This document shows, piece after piece, positions 27,324 to 37,913 of a stretch of 64,000 bases of DNA. Below the pieces are notes generated by a model, which was given only the letters and a program-made list of their open reading frames with translations, made no database searches and was not told the origin of the DNA. How positions within the stretch are numbered: position 1 is the stretch's first letter; the number at the start of each line of letters is the position of its first letter. Location: positions 32,001 through 96,000 of the forward strand of contig CAVVLJ010000020.1 of assembly GCA_963749075.1 (NCBI GenBank). The letters are read 5' to 3'. This DNA is from an uncultured Pseudomonadota bacterium (GTDB lineage: Bacteria; Pseudomonadota; Alphaproteobacteria; JACZXZ01). The position numbers and the translations under genes are program-made.

Positions 27324-28466
27324 CTATTCCGTCGCCGCCGCCTCCTCGCACGCGCGCCACAGGCCCTCGGGCACGCGGGCCGCGAGCCAGCGGTGCACCT
27401 CGTGCACGAGTGCGTCGCGCCAGGAGAGGCGGCCGGGGCGGTAGAGCGGCGAGGCGAGGCCGGCCTGCTGGCGCTCCAGCATCGCCACGTCCTCGTGCGC
27501 CACGCGCTGCCAGCGCTCGTAGTAGCGCTGAGCGCCGGCGGCGAAGTCGGACCGCATGGCGGTCGTGCGCGGGAAGCAGCCGCCGAGGGAGAGCATGGTG
27601 CGCTCAGGGCCGAGCGGCCGCATGGCGAGCCACCACATGCAGTCCTGGGCGCAGGCGAACTGGGTGGTCGGCAGGATCATGGTGAAGTAGGTGCCGCGCC
27701 GCGCCTCGGGGGTTAGCCCGGGGATGGCGGGGAAGGGGGCGGGCTCGCCGAGCACGGCGACGCTCGTCTCGCTCAGCACCTGAAGGCAGAGCCAGTCGCC
27801 TTCCGTGGCGACGACGGCCTCGCGCTGGGCGCCCACGGTCGAGCGGTGCACGATGCCGGTGTGATAGGCCTCGAGCGCGTTCTCGACGAGGAGCTTCCAG
27901 TTGCAGCGGCACTCGATCTCCGCGCGCCAGCTGCACAGCATCTCGTCGAAGCGGTAGCAGGCGAGCTTCGCGGGCAGGTCGCCGAGCGCGGTCAGGAGGT
28001 CGGGCGCCTCGGGCGCGAAATTGAGGAAGACGAAGCCCTGCCAGCTCTCGAGCCGCACGGGCGCCAGGCCGTGCGCCTCGGGTGCGAAGCCGATGCTGCG
28101 CTCCATGCCGGGTGCGGCGAGGAGCGTGCCGTCGAGGCGGTAGCTCCAGGCATGGTAGGGGCAGCGGATCGCCGTCACGCGGCCGCTTCCTGTGACGAGC
28201 AGCGAGCCGCGGTGGCGGCAGCAATTGGCAAAGGCGCGCAGGCTGCCGTCCCCGTCGCGGAGGAGGATGACCGGACCGCCCGCCGTGTCGATGGCGCGGT
28301 AGTCGCCGGCGGCAGGGAGCTCCTCCGCGCGCCCGGCGAAGAGCCAGTTCTTGCGATGGATCTCCGCCAGCTCCCAGGCGAAGAAGCGCTCGGAGCCGTA
28401 GCACCAGCCGGGCAGCGCCTCGGCCTCGAGGAGAGGCGCCAACACCTTGCCGCGCGCATCGGTCAT
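27324..28466 (-). CDS. Rieske non-heme iron oxygenase alpha subunit (choline monooxygenase-like)
   Basis: NCCRHRG...CPYHAW Rieske motif, NWKLLVENALEAYH...H, EDVAMLE. Confidence 0.9.
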   Translation of the reverse strand: MTDARGKVLAPLLEAEALPGWCYGSERFFAWELAEIHRKNWLFAGRAEELPAAGDYRAIDTAGGPVILLRDGDGSLRAFANCCRHRGSLLVTGSGRVTAIRCPYHAWSYRLDGTLLAAPGMERSIGFAPEAHGLAPVRLESWQGFVFLNFAPEAPDLLTALGDLPAKLACYRFDEMLCSWRAEIECRCNWKLLVENALEAYHTGIVHRSTVGAQREAVVATEGDWLCLQVLSETSVAVLGEPAPFPAIPGLTPEARRGTYFTMILPTTQFACAQDCMWWLAMRPLGPERTMLSLGGCFPRTTAMRSDFAAGAQRYYERWQRVAHEDVAMLERQQAGLASPLYRPGRLSWRDALVHEVHRWLAARVPEGLWRACEEAAATE

Positions 28467-28710
28467 CCTGTATGCTACTCCCGCTTGCCGCCGCGAGCGG
28501 CTGCCGCCGACCCTCGGGCCGGGGCATCCGCTTGAGGAGGCGAATTATGGGCCATGGGCGCCCGCGCGGCAAAGCCGGGCGGGCAGCCGTCTCGGCGGCA
28601 CCCGCCGGCTGCTGCAGGTGCCCGCGTCACAAGTGCCGCGCTGCCGCGTCTATCACCCGAGAGCCCGGCATCCTCGCGCCGCCGGGCGCCGCAACCGAGC
28701 GGGGTGCGCC

Positions 28711-28980
28711 ATGATCTTCAAGATCGATCCCGGCCAGTCCAAGCCCGTCGATGCCGACGATACCCTGACGATCGCCAATCTCGGCCCGCAGAAGGCCAAG
28801 GGGAGCGTCACGGATTGCCAAGGGACGGTCACCAACTTCGATCTCAGCCCCAAAGGCGAGGTGGACGACAGCACGGAGATCGAGTGTGCCATCGGCACCG
28901 CGCAAGTGCGGAACGACGGCCACACCGTCATCCAGGTCGATAACGGCGAGAGCGGCGGCGAGAGCGGCCCGGTCAGCTGA
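28711..28980 (+). CDS. Hypothetical 89-aa acidic, beta-rich protein
   Basis: MIFKIDPGQSKPVDADDTL...; coding-like codon usage, fills the intergenic gap. Confidence 0.6.
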   Translation: MIFKIDPGQSKPVDADDTLTIANLGPQKAKGSVTDCQGTVTNFDLSPKGEVDDSTEIECAIGTAQVRNDGHTVIQVDNGESGGESGPVS

Positions 28981-29059
28981 CGGCACTCGCCCGGGGCGGC
29001 CGTGGGGCGGCCTCCGCCGGCTCCATTCGCGAGAGCGTGTCCGCGGCTCGTCTCGCGCT

Positions 29060-30082
29060 CTATCCCTTCCCCAGTGCTGCCAGGCCGGTCTCGTCCGCGC
29101 GCGAGGGGAGCGGCGCTGCGGGATCCTCGATCCAATGGAGCACGTCCTCCCAGACCGTCCTCGCCTCGAGGTCGCGCAGCAGCATGTGGTAGCCCTTGGG
29201 ATAGATCGCGATGCGCGGTGGCCCTTGCCCGTCGTGCGGCAGCGTTTCGATCATCTCGCGCGTGGCGTCCTTGGGGATGATCTCGTCGCGCTCGCCGTAG
29301 AGGACGAGGAGCGGGGTGCGGCCGAGCTTGGGCGCATCGGCGAGTGCGGCGTCCATCAGGTTGACGAGGCCCCACACGGCGTCGATGCGCGTCTCCTTGA
29401 TGAAGAGCGGGTCCTTCGAGAGTGCGATGAGCATCTTGCGGTTGTCGGAGGGCACGAGGTGGAGGCCCTCGCCGGTGACGTGGTGCCACGGGATGCTATG
29501 GGCGGCGAGGAGGAGGGCGACGCGCTCGCCGAGGCTCATGGTGGCGCGGCCCCAGACCGCGGGTGCTGCGAGAATGACGCCGGCGACCTCTGGGCGGTCG
29601 GCGCGCGCGAGGGCCGCCATGACCACCGCACCCCCCATGCTCTCGCCGAGGAGATAGACCGGCGTCTCGGGATAGCGCTCATGGACGAGCCGCACCATGG
29701 CGTCGAGATCGCCGACCAGCGCGTCGGTGCCCGGCCACAGGCCGGCGTGGGCGGTGCGGCCGAAGCCGCGCTGGTCGTAGGCATAGGTGGCGATGCCGTG
29801 CTTCGCCCACCACTCACCCGGCATGGCGAAGGCGTTGGCGTAGTCGTTCATGCCGTGGAGCGCCACGATGACCGCCCTGGGGCGGCCGTCTTCAGGGAGC
29901 CAGCGCTGGATGGGAAGGCGGGCGCCGTCGGCGCTCACGAGGGCCGAGTCCGCGAGCGCCGGTGCCTCGATCGGCGGCCCCGGCGCCTCGGTCACCGGCG
30001 TGCAGGCGGCGAGGCCCGAAGCCGCGGCGACGAGGGCCGCGGCGATGAGCGCCGTGTTGCCGGCGCCATGCTTGGCACTCAT
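29060..30082 (-). CDS. Alpha/beta hydrolase (lysophospholipase-like) lipoprotein
   Basis: LAAC lipobox, ALHGMNDY, YDQRGFG, GESMGG nucleophile motif, GYHML. Confidence 0.9.
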   Translation of the reverse strand: MSAKHGAGNTALIAAALVAAASGLAACTPVTEAPGPPIEAPALADSALVSADGARLPIQRWLPEDGRPRAVIVALHGMNDYANAFAMPGEWWAKHGIATYAYDQRGFGRTAHAGLWPGTDALVGDLDAMVRLVHERYPETPVYLLGESMGGAVVMAALARADRPEVAGVILAAPAVWGRATMSLGERVALLLAAHSIPWHHVTGEGLHLVPSDNRKMLIALSKDPLFIKETRIDAVWGLVNLMDAALADAPKLGRTPLLVLYGERDEIIPKDATREMIETLPHDGQGPPRIAIYPKGYHMLLRDLEARTVWEDVLHWIEDPAAPLPSRADETGLAALGKG

Positions 30083-31092
30083 CGCCGCCCGCTCGCGGAG
30101 GCCGCGTCTCCGGCCGGCCGCTCGCGCGTGATCTCGAGGAAGAGGTCCTCGAGGTCCGCCTCGGTGGTCGAGAGATCGGCGATGCCGAGACCCGCGTTGC
30201 GCAGCGCCGTCAGGATGTCGCGGATGCGCGTCTCGCTCGGGCGGTAGCGGAAGACGAGGCGGCGCGGCCCCGGGAGCGTCACGTTGAAGGCCGCAAGTGC
30301 TGTGGGCAGGGCGGCGAGATCCTGGGTCAGGACGACGGAGAGCTCCTTGCGGTCGAGGCGGGCGAGGAGCGCATCCTTGCTGTCGCAGGCGATGACGCGG
30401 CCGTGGTTGATGATGGCGATGCGGTCGCAGAGGAGCTCGGCCTCCTCGAGATAGTGGGTGGTGAGGAGAATGGTGGTGCCGCTGCGGTTGAGCTCCTGGA
30501 TGTGCGCCCAGAGCTGCTGGCGGAGTGCTACGTCGACCCCCGCCGTCGGCTCGTCGAGCACGAGGACGGGCGGGTTGTGCACCATCGCCTTCGCCACCAT
30601 GAGACGGCGCCGCATGCCGCCCGAGAGCGTGCGCGCGTAAGACTCGGCCTCGGCCGTGAGCCCGACCGCGGCGAGCAGCGCCTCGGTCCTCCGCTCGCGG
30701 CGCGGGATGCCGTAGAGCCCGGCCTGCAGGTCGAGGAGCTCGCGCGGCGTGAAGAAGGCGTCGAGGTTGAGCTCCTGCGGCACCACGCCGATCGCGGCGC
30801 GCGCCGCGCGCGGGTCCTCGTCGATGTCGATGCCCCAGACGCGGGCGCGGCCGGCGGTCTTAATGACGAGCCCGGCGAGAATGTTGATGAAGGTGGACTT
30901 GCCGGCGCCGTTGGGGCCCAAGAGGCCGAAGAGCGAGCCGCGCGGGATGGCGAGGTCGACGGCCTTGAGCGCGTGCTTGCCGCCGCCCCGCGCCTGACCG
31001 CGGTAGAGCTTGTCGAGCCCCACCGCCTCGACCGCGAGGTCGGGCAGAGCCGGGGAAGACGGTCGGCTGAGGAGAGAGGACTCGACGGGCAT
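30079..31092 (-). CDS. ABC transporter ATP-binding protein (YadG-like)
   Basis: GPNGAGKST, LSGGMRRR, LDEPTAGVD, TTHYLEEA. Confidence 0.92.
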   Translation of the reverse strand: MPVESSLLSRPSSPALPDLAVEAVGLDKLYRGQARGGGKHALKAVDLAIPRGSLFGLLGPNGAGKSTFINILAGLVIKTAGRARVWGIDIDEDPRAARAAIGVVPQELNLDAFFTPRELLDLQAGLYGIPRRERRTEALLAAVGLTAEAESYARTLSGGMRRRLMVAKAMVHNPPVLVLDEPTAGVDVALRQQLWAHIQELNRSGTTILLTTHYLEEAELLCDRIAIINHGRVIACDSKDALLARLDRKELSVVLTQDLAALPTALAAFNVTLPGPRRLVFRYRPSETRIRDILTALRNAGLGIADLSTTEADLEDLFLEITRERPAGDAASASGRR

Positions 31093-31224
31093 GGCCGGCT
31101 CGCGGCACCCTTCCGCTCGCAGTTGATTGCTGGCGGCGAATGGGTATCATCCGGCTCCGAGCATGGTCAACGCCGAGCGCGCCGCCGGGGCGCTTAGCCG
31201 GCGCCGAGGATGGGGGCACGGGAC

Positions 31225-31419
31225 ATGGCCGAGGCGGCGGGCGCCCAAGCGCCGGAGGTCATCGAGGTGAGCGAGACCGAGGTCGCCTGCGACGGCGGCG
31301 GCGTGCTCGGCCATCCGCGCGTCTTCCTCAACATGGGCGATCGCCGCCAGGTCGAATGCCCCTATTGCGACCGCATCTTCAAGCTCAAGGACGGGGTCAA
31401 GGCCGGCGCGGCGCACTGA
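31225..31419 (+). CDS. Zinc-finger (zf-CHCC, NDUFS6-like) protein
   Basis: VACDGGGVLGHPRVFL...VECPYCDR. Confidence 0.9.
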   Translation: MAEAAGAQAPEVIEVSETEVACDGGGVLGHPRVFLNMGDRRQVECPYCDRIFKLKDGVKAGAAH

Positions 31420-31443
31420 GGTGCCCCGCGGTGCTGTCAGGTG

Positions 31444-31864
31444 CTACGGCCGCACGCCACGGAACGGATTGGCGATGCGGAGCCGGCCGTCGATCACCAT
31501 GCCGTCCTGCATGTCGTCCGACCACAAGGTATCGCTCCCGGCCCTAAGAGCGGCGGCGATCATCAAGGCGTCGAAGATCGCGTAGCCGTAGCGCTCGGCC
31601 AGACGCAGCGCCTCCGTGTGAGTTCTCGAGGTCCATTGGAAGTATGGTTGGACAAAGGGTGCGGATGTCCGCGAGCGCATCCCGCACCTCCTCCCACGTC
31701 ATGCCCAGCTTGCCTCGCGCCACGTTGGCGAATTCGTTGAGACCCTGGACGCTGACGCCGCCGCCGCGCTCGAGGAGCGCCTGGGCGGGTGCTGCGCGCG
31801 GATCGGCGGTGAAGGCATAGACCAGGATGTTGCTGTCGAGGAACTCGCCGGGCATCGGCTTCAC
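31444..31864 (-). pseudogene. vapC: VapC PIN toxin with a +1 frameshift
   Basis: FLDSNILVY...QGLNEF in one frame; ETHTEALRLAERYG..FDALMIAAAL..LWSDDMQ in another; one extra base near 31623. Confidence 0.85.
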
Positions 31865-32097
31865 CGGGCATTTGCTTCCGTGCGGTCGAATTTCCAGCCG
31901 GGGGGAAGCTTCTTGCGAAACGCGCGGATGCGCGCAAGCGCGCGCTCGCGGCTGCGGTCGCGCTCGATGTCGAAAGACCGCTCGCCCGCCACATGGACCT
32001 CGACCTCGTCGCCTTCCTTCAGCTTCAGCGCCGCGACGACGGAGGCGGGAAGGCGGATGGCGAGGCTGTTGCCCCATTTCGAGACCTGCATGGCCAT
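31861..32097 (-). CDS. AbrB/MazE family antitoxin
   Basis: MQVSKWGNSLAIRLP...LKEGDEV...FDRTEANAR; GAGGAG RBS. Confidence 0.92.
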   Translation of the reverse strand: MAMQVSKWGNSLAIRLPASVVAALKLKEGDEVEVHVAGERSFDIERDRSRERALARIRAFRKKLPPGWKFDRTEANAR

Positions 32098-32104
32098 GCT
32101 CCTC

Positions 32105-32130
32105 AGATATACATAGCGTCTTGTATATCT
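32105..32130. promoter_or_regulatory. Inverted repeat, likely AbrB-VapC operator
   Basis: AGATATACA-N8-TGTATATCT perfect 9-bp inverted repeat. Confidence 0.7.
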
Positions 32131-32260
32131 AAGCGACGGCAGCGTCAAGAAGTTGGCTGGAACGCAGCGCGGCGGATGAATTGCCCAGACACTCGACTCG
32201 GGCCCCGCGATCCGGCATCTTCGCGTCCGTGAGCGTCCTCCAGCATTCCGAGCGCCGGCC

Positions 32261-35080
32261 ATGAGTGGCGCCGCCAAAGCCGACCGCGAGTTCAAGCCGC
32301 GCCACGTCTATCTGGTGGACGGCTCGGGCTACGTCTTCCGCGCCTTCCACGCGCTGCCGCCCATGACGCGGCCGGACGGCACGCCGGTCAATGCCGTCTT
32401 CGGCTTCACCAACATGCTGATGAAGCTCCTCTCGGAGACCGACGCGGACTGCGTGGCGGTGATCTTCGATGCCGCGCGCGCCACCTTCCGCAGCGACATC
32501 TACCCCGCCTACAAGGCGCAGCGTCCCGAGACGCCCGAGGAGCTCATCCCCCAGTTCCCTCTGGTGCGCGAGGCCGTGCTGGCCTTCAACCTGCCGGCCA
32601 TCGAGCAGAGCGGCTACGAGGCCGACGACCTCATCGCCACTTACGCGCGGCTCGCGCGCGAGGCGGGTGCCAAGGTCACAATCGTCTCCTCGGACAAGGA
32701 CCTCATGCAGCTCGTGCGCGACGGCATCGAGATGCTCGACCCGATCAAGCAGAAGCCGATCGGCCCCGCCGAGGTCAGGGAGAAGTTCGGCGTGCCGCCC
32801 GAGAAGGTGGTGGACGTGCAGGCGCTCGCCGGCGATTCGGTCGACAACGTGCCCGGCGTCCCCGGCATCGGCGTCAAGACCGCGGCCCAGCTCATCGGCG
32901 AGTACGGCGACCTCGAGACGCTTCTCAAGCGCGCCGGCGAGATCAAGCAGCCCAAGCGCCGCGAGGCGCTCATGAATTTCGCCGAGCAGGCGCGCATCTC
33001 GCGGAAGCTCGTCGAGCTCGAGGACCATGTGCCGCTCGAGGTGCCGCTCGCGGCACTCACCATGCGCGAGCCCGACCACGAGAAGCTCGTCGCCTTCCTC
33101 AAGGAGCAGTCCTTCCGCTCGATCCTGGCGCGCGTCGAGGGCCAGGCGGCGGCCAAGCCCGCAGCGCCGCAAGCCGCCAGGGACGCGGCGCCGGCGCCGC
33201 GTCCTGCGCCCGTCGCTCCGCCGCCCGCGGGCAAGAGCTACGAGCTCGTGCAGACGGAGGAGGCGCTTGCCTCCTGGGTGGAGCGCGCCCTTGCGGCCGG
33301 CACCGTCGCGGTCGATACGGAGACGACGTCGCTCGATGCGGTCGCGGCCCATCTCGTCGGCGTCTCGCTCTCCCTCGAGCCGGGGGGCGCCTGCTACATC
33401 CCCCTCGCCCACCGGCCGCCCCAGCGCCAGGCGACGCTCGACTTGGGCGGTGACGGCGGCCCGCGGGAGGCGCCGAAGCAGATCCCGCTCGAGCGCGCGC
33501 TCGCCATCCTCAAGCCCATGCTCGAGGACGACTCCACGCTCAAGATCGGCCACAACATCAAATACGACATGGTGGTGCTCGCCCGCTACGGCGTCGCGGT
33601 CACGCCGCTCGACGACACCATGCTGCTCTCCTACGTGCTCTCGGCCGGCCTCCACGGCCACGGCATGGACGAGCTCGCCAGGCTCCACCTCGGCCACGAG
33701 ACGATCAAATACAAGGACGTGACCGGCAGCGGCAAGGCGCAGATCGGCTTCGACGAGGTGCCCCTCGACAAGGCCTGCGACTATGCCGCCGAGGATGCCG
33801 ACGTGACGCTGCGCTTCCACCGGCTCTTGAAGCCCCAGCTCCTCGCCGAGCGCCTCGTCGCCGTCTACGAGAGGATCGAGCGGCCGCTCGTCCCCGTCCT
33901 CGTCGCCATGGAGCGCGAGGGCATCAAGGTCGACCGCGTCGAGCTCAAGCGCCTTTCGGAGGATTTCGCGGCGCGCCTCGTCGAGCTCGAGAAGGAGATC
34001 CACAGGCTCGCGGGCGAGAGCTTCAACGTGGGCTCGCCCAAGCAGCTCGGCGAGATACTCTTCGATCGCATGAGCCTGCAAGGCGGCAGGAAGGGCAAGA
34101 CCGGCGCCTACGTGACCGACGCCGACGTGCTCGAGGATCTCGCTGCCCAGGGCCACGACCTGCCGGCGCGCGTGCTCGACTGGCGCCAGCTCCAGAAGCT
34201 CAAGAGCACCTACGCCGACGCGCTCGTCGAAGAGATCAATCCCGAGACCGGCCGCGTCCACACCTCATACGGCATGGCGATCGCCTCGACGGGCCGCCTC
34301 TCCTCGACCGATCCCAACCTGCAGAACATCCCCGTGCGCACCGAGGAGGGCCGCCGCATCCGCCGCGCCTTCGTGGCCGAGGCGGGCTCCAAGCTCGTCT
34401 CGCTCGACTATTCGCAGATCGAGCTGCGCCTGCTTGCCCACGTCGCCAACATCGCGGCCCTCGAGCGCGCGTTCAAGGACGGCATCGACATCCATGCCTT
34501 GACCGCGAGCCAGGTCTTCGGCGTGCCGGTCGAGGGCATGGACCCGATGGTGAGGCGCAAGGCCAAGGCGATCAATTTCGGCATCGTCTACGGCATCAGC
34601 CCCTTCGGCTTGGCCCGCCAGCTCGGCATCCCGCAAGGCGAGGCGGCCAACTACATCAAGGCCTATTTCGCGCGCTATCCCGGCATCAAGGACTACATGG
34701 AGCGCACCAAGGAGCTCTGCCGCAAGCAGGGCTTCGTCACCACCGAGTTCGGGCGGCGCATCTATCTCAGCGGCATCAAGGACGCCAACCCGGCGCGGCG
34801 CGGCTTCGCCGAGCGCGCCGCCATCAACGCGCCCATCCAGGGCGGTGCCGCCGACATCATCAAGCGCGCCATGATCCGCGTCCCAGCGGCACTCGCCGCG
34901 GCCGGGCTAAAGGCGCGCATGCTGCTCCAGGTCCACGACGAGCTCCTCTTCGAGGTGCGCGAGGCGGAGGTCGAGGCGACGATCGCCGCCGTGCGCAAGG
35001 TGATGGAGGGGGCGGCGCAGCTCAAGGTGCCCCTCGTGGTCGATGCCGGCATCGGCGACAATTGGGCCGACGCGCATTGA
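32261..35080 (+). CDS. polA: DNA polymerase I
   Basis: LVDGSGYVFRAFHA, DTET 3'-5' exo motif, TGRLSSTDPNLQNIP, DYSQIELR, KAINFGIVYG, LQVHDEL. Confidence 0.98.
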   Translation: MSGAAKADREFKPRHVYLVDGSGYVFRAFHALPPMTRPDGTPVNAVFGFTNMLMKLLSETDADCVAVIFDAARATFRSDIYPAYKAQRPETPEELIPQFPLVREAVLAFNLPAIEQSGYEADDLIATYARLAREAGAKVTIVSSDKDLMQLVRDGIEMLDPIKQKPIGPAEVREKFGVPPEKVVDVQALAGDSVDNVPGVPGIGVKTAAQLIGEYGDLETLLKRAGEIKQPKRREALMNFAEQARISRKLVELEDHVPLEVPLAALTMREPDHEKLVAFLKEQSFRSILARVEGQAAAKPAAPQAARDAAPAPRPAPVAPPPAGKSYELVQTEEALASWVERALAAGTVAVDTETTSLDAVAAHLVGVSLSLEPGGACYIPLAHRPPQRQATLDLGGDGGPREAPKQIPLERALAILKPMLEDDSTLKIGHNIKYDMVVLARYGVAVTPLDDTMLLSYVLSAGLHGHGMDELARLHLGHETIKYKDVTGSGKAQIGFDEVPLDKACDYAAEDADVTLRFHRLLKPQLLAERLVAVYERIERPLVPVLVAMEREGIKVDRVELKRLSEDFAARLVELEKEIHRLAGESFNVGSPKQLGEILFDRMSLQGGRKGKTGAYVTDADVLEDLAAQGHDLPARVLDWRQLQKLKSTYADALVEEINPETGRVHTSYGMAIASTGRLSSTDPNLQNIPVRTEEGRRIRRAFVAEAGSKLVSLDYSQIELRLLAHVANIAALERAFKDGIDIHALTASQVFGVPVEGMDPMVRRKAKAINFGIVYGISPFGLARQLGIPQGEAANYIKAYFARYPGIKDYMERTKELCRKQGFVTTEFGRRIYLSGIKDANPARRGFAERAAINAPIQGGAADIIKRAMIRVPAALAAAGLKARMLLQVHDELLFEVREAEVEATIAAVRKVMEGAAQLKVPLVVDAGIGDNWADAH

Positions 35081-35135
35081 GGCGAAACGGCAAGCCTTCA
35101 CGGCATCTTTCCAGGACGCATGCAAAGCCGTCGTA

Positions 35136-35249
35136 GGTCCTTCGAGACGCGCCCCTTTCGGGGCGCTCCTCAGGATGAGAAAAATCGCGTGTGGCAAAAA
35201 GACTTTAACTCATCCTGAGGAGCGAGCGCAGCGAGCGTCTCGAAGGACC
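35136..35249. repeat. REP/REPIN-like inverted doublet
   Basis: GGTCCTTCGAGACGC...GCTCCTCAGGATGAG and its inverse CTCATCCTGAGGAGC...GCGTCTCGAAGGACC between convergent genes. Confidence 0.8.
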
Positions 35250-35313
35250 CACCGCAGCCGGTCCGAGGCGCCTTTGGGACGACGGTGCCTGGAGGCGTCG
35301 CAGCTCCGCTCCT

Positions 35314-35898
35314 TCACGCCCCACCGATGCTGCGCGCGGCGACCGCTGCCATGAGCAGCGAGACCCCGAAGAAGACCATGTTGATGCCGACGAGGAGGCC
35401 GATCGCCCACACGGCCGTGCTCGGCCAGCCGCCCCAGATGAGGGCGGCGAGCAAGAGATCGACGAGGCCGCTGAAGAGGGTCCAGCCCCAGTGGCGGAGG
35501 TGCGGGCGGAATTCGAGTGCTATGAGGATGGCGCCGATACCCTCGAAGATGAACAGCACCACCAGCACGATGGTCAGCGTCAAGACGCCCTCGAGCGGCC
35601 GCAGGATGAGCAGCAGGCCCAAGACGAGCGCCAAGAGGGCGGTCAAGAGCGACCACCAATATCCCGGCAGCGCCCGGGCGCGCCACACGGAGAGCGCGCG
35701 CAAGACGCCGCCGATGACGAAGAGCCAGCCGACGAAGAGCTCCACGGCCAGCGTCGCGAGATTGGGCAGTGCCACCGCGACGAGCCCGAGGATGATCATG
35801 AGGATCCCCTGCACGAGGAAGAATTTCCAATGGGCGTGGAGCGCCACTTTGATGTGAACCTGCAGGCTGCCGATATCGGGCTCCGTCTGGTTGCTCAT
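35314..35898 (-). CDS. HdeD/DUF308 family membrane protein
   Basis: WKFFLVQGILMIILG...GWLFVIGG...WPSTAVWAIGLLVGINMVFFG. Confidence 0.88.
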   Translation of the reverse strand: MSNQTEPDIGSLQVHIKVALHAHWKFFLVQGILMIILGLVAVALPNLATLAVELFVGWLFVIGGVLRALSVWRARALPGYWWSLLTALLALVLGLLLILRPLEGVLTLTIVLVVLFIFEGIGAILIALEFRPHLRHWGWTLFSGLVDLLLAALIWGGWPSTAVWAIGLLVGINMVFFGVSLLMAAVAARSIGGA

Positions 35899-35932
35899 CC
35901 GCCGCCTCCTGCCGTTGCCGCGTGCCGCGCGC

Positions 35933-36301
35933 CTAGAGGCGCCGCAGTACGCGCTCGACCGTCTTGGGCGCACGCTCGATCATGGCGAGGAGGAGACGCG
36001 CCGGCCGGTCCGGCTGGGCGCGGCCCTGCTCCCACTCTTGAACCGTGCGTGTCGAGAAGCCGTATTTGAGCGCGAAGGCCCTCTGGGAGAGCCGCAGCCG
36101 CCGCCGGATCGCCCGCACGTCGACCGCCGCAGGCGGCATCACCAGGCGGGCGTTCTTGAGGTCGCTGGCCGAGAGGGTTGGATGCCCGTCCTCGATCGCC
36201 TGACGCTCGATCTCCTCTTCCGTCGTGGCGTTCACGCGCTTCCAGTCAATTCTCGGTTTTCTCCTCGCGAGGTCCGCTAGCGACATCCTGACGATAGGCA
36301 T
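35933..36301 (-). CDS. HTH antitoxin (BrnA-like N-terminus plus XRE HTH)
   Basis: [14 protein letters not shown] then VRAIRRRLRLSQRAFA...TVQEWEQGRAQPD. Confidence 0.85.
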   Translation of the reverse strand: MPIVRMSLADLARRKPRIDWKRVNATTEEEIERQAIEDGHPTLSASDLKNARLVMPPAAVDVRAIRRRLRLSQRAFALKYGFSTRTVQEWEQGRAQPDRPARLLLAMIERAPKTVERVLRRL

Positions 36302-36545
36302 CTCGTTCCCTCCTGTTGGCGATGCGCGCCGAGATGATGCGGCGCGTGCCGCCCCGCCATGTGTACACCACTGCCAGAATGGAGCCGGCGAGCTCGCCAA
36401 TGGCGATGATGCGCCGCTCGCCATAGTCCCGGCGCGTGTCGTCGAACTCGAGGACCGCGCCCTCAAATAGATCGATCGCGACTTCGAACCCAAAGCCGCG
36501 CTCGCGCCGGTTCCGCTCGCTCTTGGCCTCGTCCCATTCGAACAT
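36246..36545 (-). CDS. brnT: BrnT family toxin
   Basis: [16 protein letters not shown]...DYGERR...VVYT.R...[13 protein letters not shown]. Confidence 0.92.
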   Translation of the reverse strand: MFEWDEAKSERNRRERGFGFEVAIDLFEGAVLEFDDTRRDYGERRIIAIGELAGSILAVVYTWRGGTRRIISARIANRRERDAYRQDVASGPREEKTEN

Positions 36546-36677
36546 ACGGGATTAACGTATACCAAACGGAGCCTTCCTTGTCGAGCGCCCGCCGCGCGCG
36601 CGCCCCTTCCGCTTTGACCTTTGCCGCCCCTTGTGGTTCATTCGGCCCCCTCAAGGGCAACCCCGCGAAAGAGCGCC

Positions 36678-37913
36678 ATGAGCCAGGCCAAGCCGCGACC
36701 GCAAGACCAGCCGAACACCTACCGTGCCGGTGCCGACGAGCGCGGCCATTTCGGCATTTACGGCGGGCGCTTCGTGGCCGAGACGCTGATGCCGCTCGTC
36801 CTCGAGCTCGAGGCGGCCTACCGGGCGGCGAGTGCGGATCCCGGCTTCGAGCGCGAGCTCAAAGGCTATCTCTCGCACTATGTCGGTCGGCCGAGCCCGC
36901 TCACCCTCGCGGAGCGCCTGAGCGCCGGGCTCGGCGGCGCCCGCATCTATTTGAAGCGCGAGGACCTCAACCACACCGGCGCCCACAAGATCAACAACTG
37001 CATGGGGCAGATCCTGCTGGCGCGGCGCATGGGCAAGCGCCGTATCATCGCCGAGACGGGCGCCGGCCAGCACGGCGTCGCCGCCGCCACGGCGGCAGCA
37101 CTCTTCGGCCTGCCCTGCACGGTCTATATGGGCGCCGTCGACATCGAGCGCCAGAAGCCCAACGTCTTCCGCATGCGCCTCCTGGGCGCCGAGGTGCGCC
37201 CGGTCACCTCCGGCTCCGCCACCTTGAAGGACGCCATGAACGAGGCGCTGCGCGACTGGGTGGCGAACGTCGAGGACACCTATTACCTGATCGGCACGGT
37301 GGCAGGGCCGCACCCCTACCCGACCTTGGTGCGCGACTTCCAGCTCGTCATCGGCAACGAGGTGCGCGAGCAGATCATGGCGGCCGAGGGAAGGCTGCCG
37401 GACACCCTCGTCGCCTGCGTCGGCGGCGGCTCAAATGCGATCGGCCTCTTCCATCCCTTCCTCGACGAGCCGGGCGTCGCCATCCACGGCGTCGAGGCGG
37501 CGGGCGAGGGTCTCGAGACCGGCCGCCATGCCGCCTCCATGAGCGGCGGCCGGCCCGGCGTGCTGCACGGCAACCGCACCTATCTCCTGCAGGACGCCGA
37601 CGGGCAGATCACCGAGGCGCATTCCATCTCGGCCGGTCTCGACTATCCCGGCGTCGGGCCCGAGCATGCCTGGCTCAAGGACACGGGCCGCGTCCAATAT
37701 GTGGCGATCACCGACCGCGAGGCGCTCGATGCCTTCCAGCAGCTCAGCCGCCTCGAGGGCATCATCCCGGCGCTCGAATCCGCCCACGCCCTCGCCCATG
37801 TGGGCAAGATCGCACCCGCGCTTCCCCGCGGCCACCTCATCGTCGTCTGCCTCTCGGGCCGGGGCGACAAGGACATCTTCACGGTCGCCGACCATCTCGG
37901 CGCCAAGCTATGA
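36678..37913 (+). CDS. trpB: Tryptophan synthase beta chain
   Basis: [53 protein letters not shown]. Confidence 0.98.
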   Translation: MSQAKPRPQDQPNTYRAGADERGHFGIYGGRFVAETLMPLVLELEAAYRAASADPGFERELKGYLSHYVGRPSPLTLAERLSAGLGGARIYLKREDLNHTGAHKINNCMGQILLARRMGKRRIIAETGAGQHGVAAATAAALFGLPCTVYMGAVDIERQKPNVFRMRLLGAEVRPVTSGSATLKDAMNEALRDWVANVEDTYYLIGTVAGPHPYPTLVRDFQLVIGNEVREQIMAAEGRLPDTLVACVGGGSNAIGLFHPFLDEPGVAIHGVEAAGEGLETGRHAASMSGGRPGVLHGNRTYLLQDADGQITEAHSISAGLDYPGVGPEHAWLKDTGRVQYVAITDREALDAFQQLSRLEGIIPALESAHALAHVGKIAPALPRGHLIVVCLSGRGDKDIFTVADHLGAKL

